The position numbers were made by a program, and so were the translations under genes. Shown here piece by piece: positions 1 through 8,456 of a stretch of 24,242 bases of DNA. A model generated the notes under the pieces. It was not told the DNA's origin. It searched no databases and saw only the letters and a program-made list of their open reading frames with translations. The stretch is from Candidatus Sericytochromatia bacterium (GTDB taxonomy: Bacteria > Cyanobacteriota > Sericytochromatia > S15B-MN24 > JAQBPE01). The stretch covers positions 1 through 24,242 of the forward strand of contig JAYKHR010000078.1 in the NCBI GenBank assembly GCA_035285125.1, written 5' to 3'. Numbering within the stretch: position 1 is the stretch's first letter; every line of letters begins with the position of its first letter.

Positions 1-1
1 G

Positions 2-325
2 CGTCATCGTGCCGGCTGCGCCCACCGAGGGGTCCACGACCATGAGCTGCGTTTCGATACCCTCGAACCTCAGGGCGGTGCGCCACTTGGCTGACAGGTC
101 GATGCACTGGCCGTAGTCAGCCGTCCATTCCCCCGGCGCACTGCCCATAATGCGCTGGATGGTCTGGTGGAGGTGCGCCAGCGGGTCGCTCTTGCGCGCT
201 GCCGCGGAGAGGGACAGCTGATCCTTCGGCACCGTCACGCCCGGCTGGGCCGGGCCCGGCAACACGGGCGGAGGTGGAGGGACCGCCAGGGGCGGCGGGG
301 GTGGAGTGGGCGGGACGGGCTTCAT
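2..325 (-). CDS. N-terminal part (runs off left edge) of a Pro-rich protein with a transglutaminase/papain-like Cys motif
   Basis: Hand translation from ATG at 325 gives 108 stop-free codons to the edge: MKPVPPTPPPPPLAVPPPPPVLPGPAQPGVTVPKDQLSLS...EWTADYGQCIDLSAKWRTALRFEGIETQLMVVDP. The pattern GxCxDxS...LRxxGI resembles the transglutaminase-like catalytic Cys helix. It is missing from the ORF track because no stop lies in the window. Confidence 0.75.
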   Translation of the reverse strand, partial: MKPVPPTPPPPPLAVPPPPPVLPGPAQPGVTVPKDQLSLSAAARKSDPLAHLHQTIQRIMGSAPGEWTADYGQCIDLSAKWRTALRFEGIETQLMVVDPSVGAAGTMT

Positions 326-382
326 GGCGGGTGTTGGTCTCGTGTGGCCCGGTTACACCTGGGCGGCGGGCTATTCGATCCC

Positions 383-408
383 GTACCCTTTTTTCGCCGC
401 TGGAAAAC
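383..408 (-). promoter_or_regulatory. SigB/SigF-type promoter candidate GTTT-N16-GGGTAC
   Basis: Minus strand reads GTTT tccagcggcgaaaaaa GGGTAC, ~60 nt upstream of the ATG at 325. This fits the GTTT-N15-17-GGGTA consensus of SigB/SigF-family sigma factors. Confidence 0.5.
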
Positions 409-424
409 GTGGGCCGCGTCGCCC

Positions 425-1963
425 TCAGGCGATTCCCAGCGCGCGCAGCGTGGGCAGCCGGCGCAACAGGAACGCTTCGGCTTGTCGTCTCAGCTCTGCC
501 ATGTTGTCTTCCACCGACTCGAGCGGCTTCCCCTCGTGGACGAGCCGCTGCCCCTGGCGCTGGAGCACCTCCCACACGTGGTCGGCCAGGCCGGCCGCCT
601 CGGCCTTGCCAGCCCGGGCACCTGCCAGGAACAGCTGGGGGATGCGCGGGACCGCCACGCCCGCACCCGTCACGGGCGAGATCAGGAAGCTGACGTCGCT
701 TTGCGTCGCCGCGCGGTCCAGCAGGTGATCGTTGAGGGCGGCGCAGCGAGCCTGGGCTGCAGCCGACACGGGCTGGACGGGAAAGAGGTGGCCCCCTCCC
801 GTGAGCAGCAGCGCGGCCTCCCGCAGCTGGGGCAGGGAGGCCTCCTGGAGCGCTGGGTGCCCCAGCAACTGCCCGAGGCTCTTGGGGCCAGCGCCGTCCT
901 CTGCCAGGGCCCCGAGCAGCGGCTTGTAAAGGCTCTCCAGCAGGTTGGCCTGCCCGAGGGAGCCGGTGACCGTCATCGGCACGTCGTCAGGGTGGCTGGT
1001 CAGCACGAAGGTTGCGTCGCGCCAGGCACGATCCAACTCGGTCGGCGTGAGCCGCCGGGGGCCCTTCACGAAGACGTCACGGCGGAAGTACTGGTTCACG
1101 AGGTAGTCGCGGACGCTCTGCTTCAACACGGGGTGGGAGAGGTCGGCCAGCAGCCGCTGGCCCTCCGCCGTGAGGTTGATGGCGTCCACGTGGTCCAGCA
1201 GGTGGGCAGAGGCCACGTGGCTGAGCTTGCCCTCGGCCAGGGCCTCGGCGACCTCCGAAAAGGGCATGGGGTGCCAGTCGCGGTTGAAGTACTCGTGGGC
1301 GAGGTAGTTTCGATCGAGCGTCGTGAGACCCTTGAGCCGCTCTGCGGCGGCGGGGTTGGCCCGGAAGTACCCCGCGCCGGCATCCGAGACCCGCGAGGCG
1401 AACGCGATGGCCTCATCGATGCGGCTCGCGAGCCCCCCGGCGGCGGCCGTGCCGAGCTCGGCGTGCAGCGTCATCAGGTGCCGCACTGGCATGGTCGCGG
1501 ACCAACCCGGCGTGGTGTTGTAGCTGATGTACATCAGCCCGCCGACGCGCAGGTGCTTGCGCGCGAGGTGCACCACGGCCGCCCGGTTCTCGGGCGAGAT
1601 CCAGCTCCACACGCCGTGCAGGGCGATGACGTCGAACTCGGGGAGGTCCGGCCGGGCGGCAAGCTCGGCGAAGCCGTCGTCGAGCACCACGAGGTCCGAG
1701 CCGGCGGCCCGTGCCCAGGCCTTGGCCTGCGCGGCGTGCGAGGGGTTCAGGTCCGTGCCCCAGTACAGGCCATCGCCCGCCGCCGCGTGCATGGCGACCG
1801 AAAGGCCCTGGCCGAAGCCCAGCTCCAGGTAGCGCAGCCCGTCGGCCTCGGGGGCCGCGACGCCCTGGCTGAGGCAGGCGAGCCGGAGCAGGCCCGGGGC
1901 CAGCTCCCGGTAGTAGCCGTGCGTGTAGCCCAACTCGGTGACGTAGCCATCCGTCCAGTTCAT
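425..1963 (-). CDS. Class I SAM-dependent methyltransferase with methyltransferase regulatory domain (512 aa)
   Basis: ATG at 1963 has an AGGAGG RBS. N-terminus MNWTDGYVTELGYTHGYYRELAP, SAM motif YLELGFGQG, FDVIALHGVWSWI, YLAHEYFN and NQYFRRDVF are typical of this family. The ORF-track extension to 2242 overlaps mdh and is rejected. Confidence 0.9.
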   Translation of the reverse strand: MNWTDGYVTELGYTHGYYRELAPGLLRLACLSQGVAAPEADGLRYLELGFGQGLSVAMHAAAGDGLYWGTDLNPSHAAQAKAWARAAGSDLVVLDDGFAELAARPDLPEFDVIALHGVWSWISPENRAAVVHLARKHLRVGGLMYISYNTTPGWSATMPVRHLMTLHAELGTAAAGGLASRIDEAIAFASRVSDAGAGYFRANPAAAERLKGLTTLDRNYLAHEYFNRDWHPMPFSEVAEALAEGKLSHVASAHLLDHVDAINLTAEGQRLLADLSHPVLKQSVRDYLVNQYFRRDVFVKGPRRLTPTELDRAWRDATFVLTSHPDDVPMTVTGSLGQANLLESLYKPLLGALAEDGAGPKSLGQLLGHPALQEASLPQLREAALLLTGGGHLFPVQPVSAAAQARCAALNDHLLDRAATQSDVSFLISPVTGAGVAVPRIPQLFLAGARAGKAEAAGLADHVWEVLQRQGQRLVHEGKPLESVEDNMAELRRQAEAFLLRRLPTLRALGIA

Positions 1964-2064
1964 CGGGGCGCCTCCTGCCGTGCGCTGCGTTCTGTTGCTC
2001 CACGAGCGTAGGGCCTCCGCCACCCTATGGCGGTGACAGATGCCCGTTACGACGCCAACGAGAA

Positions 2065-2086
2065 GCCCCCGGCCGGAGCCGGGGGC
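2065..2086 (-). terminator. Stem-loop downstream of mdh
   Basis: GCCCCCGGC-cgga-GCCGGGGGC is a perfect 9-bp stem. On the minus strand the loop is cUCCGg (UNCG type) followed by a weak U tail (UUCUCGUU). Confidence 0.55.
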
Positions 2087-2106
2087 CTGGGCACAGCGGG
2101 CCGGCG

Positions 2107-3105
<999 letters not shown>

Positions 3106-3244
3106 GGTGTCACGCTCCAGGTTGTGGGTCGGGGGGGCGCGTCCAGGGCGGCATCGTTGGACGCCCGCTCCGGTATAGCATGCGCGGGGCGGTTCCCGCG
3201 ACAGGGTCGGGCCCCGGGCCGGGTTGTGGGGCGCGCCGCCCCGG

Positions 3245-3253
3245 TGCTATGCT
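3245..3253 (+). promoter_or_regulatory. Extended -10 element TGcTATGCT, probable leaderless start
   Basis: TG-n-TATGCT lies 6 nt before the in-frame GTG at 3260, with no SD sequence between. Confidence 0.55.
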
Positions 3254-3259
3254 GCGGCC

Positions 3260-4330
3260 GTGACCTCCGAGGCGTCTCCCGGGCTGCCGCCCGTCACGTT
3301 CGCGACCCGCAAGTTTCCTCCGCGCGTGGGCGGGATGGAGCAGCTATCGGCAGACCTGGCGGGCCTGCTGGCGGCTGCGGGGCCCACAGAGCTGCTGGCC
3401 TGGGACGGCCGGTGGTCGACGCTGCCCGCCTTCGGGGGGCGGGTCCTGGCCCTGGCCGGCCGTGCCGGGCGCCCGGGCGCCGTGCCCGTGCTGGTCCTGG
3501 GAGACGTCGCGTTGGCGGTGGCCGTGCCAGGCCTTGCGTCCAGCGGCGGACGGCGCGTGGTGGTGGCCCACGGGCTCGACGTCGTGTGGCCCCCGGCACT
3601 CTACCAGCGCCGGGTCGGCCCGGTCCTGCAGCGGTTTGACCGCGTGATCGCGAACAGCGAGGCCACGCGCGCGGTCTGCCTGGCTCGCGGCGTGGACCCC
3701 TCGCGCTGTCTGGTGGTGCCACCGCCCGTCCGGCCTCCCAAGGTTGTGGCCGATCGCGGCCAGCTGGCCGCCTGGCTGGGCAGGGACCTTGCGGCGCGGC
3801 GCGTCGTGCTCTGCCTGGGCCGCCTGGTGCCGCGGAAGGGAGCTGCCTGGTTTCTGGAGGCCGTGCTGCCAAGGCTTCCGGAGGACGTCGTCGCCGTGGT
3901 GGCAGGCGATGGCCCCGAGCGCGACGTGTTGCCCGACCTGGCCCACCGCGCGGGGGTGGCGGAGCGGGTCGTCCTGCCAGGGGCCGTCACGGACGCCGAA
4001 CGCGCCCTGCTGTATGGCTCCTCGGATGCCCTCGTCCTGCCCAATCGACACGTTTCCGGCGACATGGAGGGCTTCGGCCTGGTCGCGGTCGAGGCCGCGA
4101 TGGCGGGGCTGCCCGTGGTTGCTGCCGAGCTCGAGGGGCTGCTGGACGCCGTGCCGGGCGGGCCAACCACGTGGCGGGTCGCCTCAGGGGATGCGGCGGC
4201 CTTTGCAGCGGCGCTGCTGGCTGCGCTGGCCGTGGCGCCCGGGGTTCGGGCTGCGGAGCGCCTCGCCGCCATCGAACGCCACGGGTTCGAGGCGCTCGCC
4301 CCGAGGTGGCTGGCTGCCGTCCACGACTGA
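3260..4330 (+). CDS. Glycosyltransferase family 4 (GT-B), 356 aa
   Basis: Motifs FPPRVGGME, VAHGLD, IANSEAT, GRLVPRKG, AGDGP, EGFGLVAVEAAMAGLPVV (ExF-x6-E). Start GTG 3260 was chosen from the adjacent extended -10. Confidence 0.93.
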   Translation: MTSEASPGLPPVTFATRKFPPRVGGMEQLSADLAGLLAAAGPTELLAWDGRWSTLPAFGGRVLALAGRAGRPGAVPVLVLGDVALAVAVPGLASSGGRRVVVAHGLDVVWPPALYQRRVGPVLQRFDRVIANSEATRAVCLARGVDPSRCLVVPPPVRPPKVVADRGQLAAWLGRDLAARRVVLCLGRLVPRKGAAWFLEAVLPRLPEDVVAVVAGDGPERDVLPDLAHRAGVAERVVLPGAVTDAERALLYGSSDALVLPNRHVSGDMEGFGLVAVEAAMAGLPVVAAELEGLLDAVPGGPTTWRVASGDAAAFAAALLAALAVAPGVRAAERLAAIERHGFEALAPRWLAAVHD

Positions 4331-4365
4331 CCGTGCCCTCGGCATTGCCGGGTGCTTGTTTCCGA

Positions 4366-4406
4366 TTTGGCAGGAATGGAAGCTCACGCCAAACTGCCTT
4401 TTTTTT
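4366..4406 (+). terminator. Possible intrinsic terminator after the GT4 gene
   Basis: GGCAG(4369-4373)/CTGCC(4394-4398) is followed by 8 T (4399-4406). An alternative pairing TTTGGC/GCCAAA is possible. The stem is short and the loop large. Confidence 0.4.
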
Positions 4407-4444
4407 GATTGTGCTTCACCGCTATTCAGACGCGGCCGCTTTCT

Positions 4445-4763
4445 GCTTGAAAGGTTCAGGATGATGTCCCTCGCATTTAGAAGGCACATCCCCACTGCGT
4501 GACACTTTCAAGCCCTCGGGGCACGCCCTGATGCAGGGATGGCCTGGGCCGGCGGTTTCTCTATCGACGCGTAGAGGTCGCTGCGATGCCCCCGGCCCTC
4601 ATCCCTCAATGAAACGGACCTCCCGTGAGAGAAAGGACCGGATAGCTTTCGCCCCAGGGGGAAAGCGGCCTATGCTCCTCTCGCCCTCCGGGAGAGGTTG
4701 GTCGCGGGCCTGGTGAGGGCTGCCGCGCAATCAGGGCCCCTGCTCGGCCGGGAGCAGGTCCGC
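4445..4763. ncRNA. Candidate structured non-coding RNA (four consecutive irregular hairpins), family not recognised
   Basis: Pairings: GCTTGAAAG 4445-4453/CTTTCAAGC 4505-4513; AGGGATG 4535-4541/CATCCCT 4600-4606 with GGGCCGG/CCGGCCC inside; CTCCCG 4620-4625/CGGGAG 4689-4694 with GCTTTC/GAAAGC inside; GCGGGCCTG 4704-4712/CAGGTCCGC 4755-4763. No convincing ORF. Confidence 0.4.
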
Positions 4764-4835
4764 GCCAGCACGGATGAGGGGAATGCCGAAGGTGGGGGCC
4801 GTGGCGGCGACATCGATGCTGGATTGCTGGAAAGA

Positions 4836-4852
4836 TGCAGTTTCAGTGCCAA
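4836..4852 (-). promoter_or_regulatory. sigma54-like -24/-12 motif TTGGCACTGAAACTGCA
   Basis: TGGCAC-N5-cTGCA with exact GG-N10-GC spacing. It points leftward into the structured intergenic region. Confidence 0.45.
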
Positions 4853-4927
4853 TATTGCATTTCGCAATGCTTGTCGTTCCAATTGCGACCATCATGTGGA
4901 ATAATCCTGGGCAAAAGGAGGTCGCTC

Positions 4928-5362
4928 ATGCCCATCGCCGAAGACAAGGCCCTTGAGATTCTCACCGAGTTGATCAAGAAGCCTGAGAGCAAAGCCGAGG
5001 ACATCCCTCGCATCTGGGGAGACCTGATCGCGGTCTACAACCAGCACTTCGCGCCCCCCGCCGAGGAGCCCAAGAAGAAGCGGCGCAAGAAGCGCGCCGT
5101 CGTCAACCCGAACCTGGGTTGGCCCGCGGGCGTCTCCCGGGCCGAGTACAAGGCCTGGAAGGCTCAGCAGGAGGCGGCCGGCCTTACCGAAAACATCAAC
5201 CCCCAAGAGTACAAACGCGCCCGCGATGCCGGTGGCGTGACCCCGGCGCCCGCCGCGGCCAAGCCGGCGATCGCGAAGGCGGCGGCTGCCAAGGCGCCGG
5301 CCCGCGCAGCCGTGGGGCGCCCTGCCACCGCGAACGGCAAGGGACGTAAGGCCGCCAAGTAG
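4928..5362 (+). CDS. Small basic protein (144 aa), candidate nucleoid-associated / divergent MucR-Ros-like protein with Ala-Lys-Pro tail
   Basis: AAGGAGG RBS before ATG 4928 and strongly C/G-ending codons. Amphipathic N-terminal helices, a KKKRRKKR patch, GVSRAEYKAWK, and a histone-H1-like AAKPAIAKAAAAKAPA...KGRKAAK tail. The CDS is secure; the function is inferred. Confidence 0.85.
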   Translation: MPIAEDKALEILTELIKKPESKAEDIPRIWGDLIAVYNQHFAPPAEEPKKKRRKKRAVVNPNLGWPAGVSRAEYKAWKAQQEAAGLTENINPQEYKRARDAGGVTPAPAAAKPAIAKAAAAKAPARAAVGRPATANGKGRKAAK

Positions 5363-5371
5363 GCCTTGGCC

Positions 5372-5399
5372 GCGCGAGGCCCCGCTCGGGGCCTCGTGC
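5372..5399. terminator. GC-rich stem-loop between convergent genes
   Basis: GCGCGAGGCCCC-gctc-GGGGCCTCGTGC lies between the stops at 5362 and 5407; no U tract. Confidence 0.55.
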
Positions 5400-5406
5400 G
5401 GCACCG

Positions 5407-5994
5407 TCAATCGCCCTCGATGGCGTAGAGCCAGTCTCCGTCAGCCGCGATGCCCACGCGGAGGCCGGTGTAGCCCTCGTAGTCGCGCCACGTCACCACC
5501 TGAGCCCGGCCGAAGATGGGCAACAGGGCCTCCCAATCCGCCTCCGTGGCCGTTTGCGAGAAGGCCGCGGGCCACACCCACGTGCTGCCACTGCGCCCGA
5601 AATCCAGGCGCAGGAGGCGGATCAGCCGCTCCGCAAAGCGGCCGCCGGCGCGCTCCTGGCCGCGCCACAGCGCTGCCGCGCTCCGGTCGCCGCCGAACGT
5701 GAATGAGAAGCCAGGCCGCCCCTCTCGCCCGAGCCTCTCGAGGCGCTCGAAATCGCAGTCGCGTGCCGCGGCCATGATGGCCCGGTGCATGCGCTGCACG
5801 GGCTTCGGGGCCTTGAGGGCGACGACGGCCGTGACACCGAGCTTCGCCCCTGAGCAGGTCGCCGTGGCAGGCTTGGGGGCGGGCCCGGCGGGGCTGGCAA
5901 CGGCGCCGGTGGCAGCGCCGAGGGCGGCCAGCGTTGGCGCGATGAGCCGGATGAATCCCACGGCGACTCCTGTCAGGCTGTTGGGACGCGCCAT
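5407..5994 (-). CDS. Secreted hypothetical protein (195 aa)
   Basis: Signal-peptide-like N-terminus (…TLAALGAATGAVA-SP), Pro/Ala linker, then a folded region with FSFTFGG, WVWPA and YTGLRVGIAADGDWLYAIEGD at the C-terminus. Confidence 0.8.
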   Translation of the reverse strand: MARPNSLTGVAVGFIRLIAPTLAALGAATGAVASPAGPAPKPATATCSGAKLGVTAVVALKAPKPVQRMHRAIMAAARDCDFERLERLGREGRPGFSFTFGGDRSAAALWRGQERAGGRFAERLIRLLRLDFGRSGSTWVWPAAFSQTATEADWEALLPIFGRAQVVTWRDYEGYTGLRVGIAADGDWLYAIEGD

Positions 5995-6010
5995 GGGGCT
6001 ATACCCGCGA

Positions 6011-6046
6011 GGCGAGGCCCCTTCCCTGGCGGAACGGGGCCTCGCC
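6011..6046. terminator. Stem-loop downstream of the Clp ATPase gene
   Basis: GGCGAGGCCCC-TTCC-ctggc-GGAA-c-GGGGCCTCGCC, ~20 nt beyond the stop at 6065. Confidence 0.55.
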
Positions 6047-6064
6047 TGCTGCCGGGTGGGGCCC

Positions 6065-8239
<2,175 letters not shown>

Positions 8240-8303
8240 CTCGGGTACCTCCTGGGGCTGCGAAGCTGACGCGCCTGGCCAACCGGGCGCCCTTCTCACT
8301 TCA

Positions 8304-8348
8304 CTTGAGCGTGTTCGTATCATATGCATGAGTTTCTGGATGGTCAAG
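8304..8348 (-). promoter_or_regulatory. sigma70 promoter TTGACC-N17-TATGAT overlapped by two HAIR-like inverted repeats
   Basis: -35 at 8347-8342 and -10 at 8324-8319. Minus strand reads CTTGACC-N8-ACTCATG and TATGATA-N7-GCTCAAG, against the HspR consensus CTTGAGT-N7-ACTCAAG. Confidence 0.7.
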
Positions 8349-8456
8349 TCTGCGTAGCCTGTGACGCATCGGTCACGTGCGTGTGGTTCCCCGCTGAGTT
8401 GACGTTGCCCGGCGGCTCGGGCATCCTGGCGAGGCACGCCAGAAAAGGGGGAAGCC

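Noticed and set aside
2017..2033. CCGCCA/TGGCGG inverted repeat upstream of the methyltransferase
   Set aside because: 6-bp GC-rich arms are expected by chance, and there is no independent support.
4686..4795. Glycine-riboswitch-like words GGAGA and CCGAAG
   Set aside because: The spacing is wrong, there is no CTCTCAGG element, and the downstream gene is unrelated.
4531..4956. Short ORFs in the large intergenic region (4531-4716, 4670-4882, 4698-4904, 4774-4956) and the 4835 start
   Set aside because: No convincing RBS, atypical composition and no motifs. A small peptide cannot be fully excluded.
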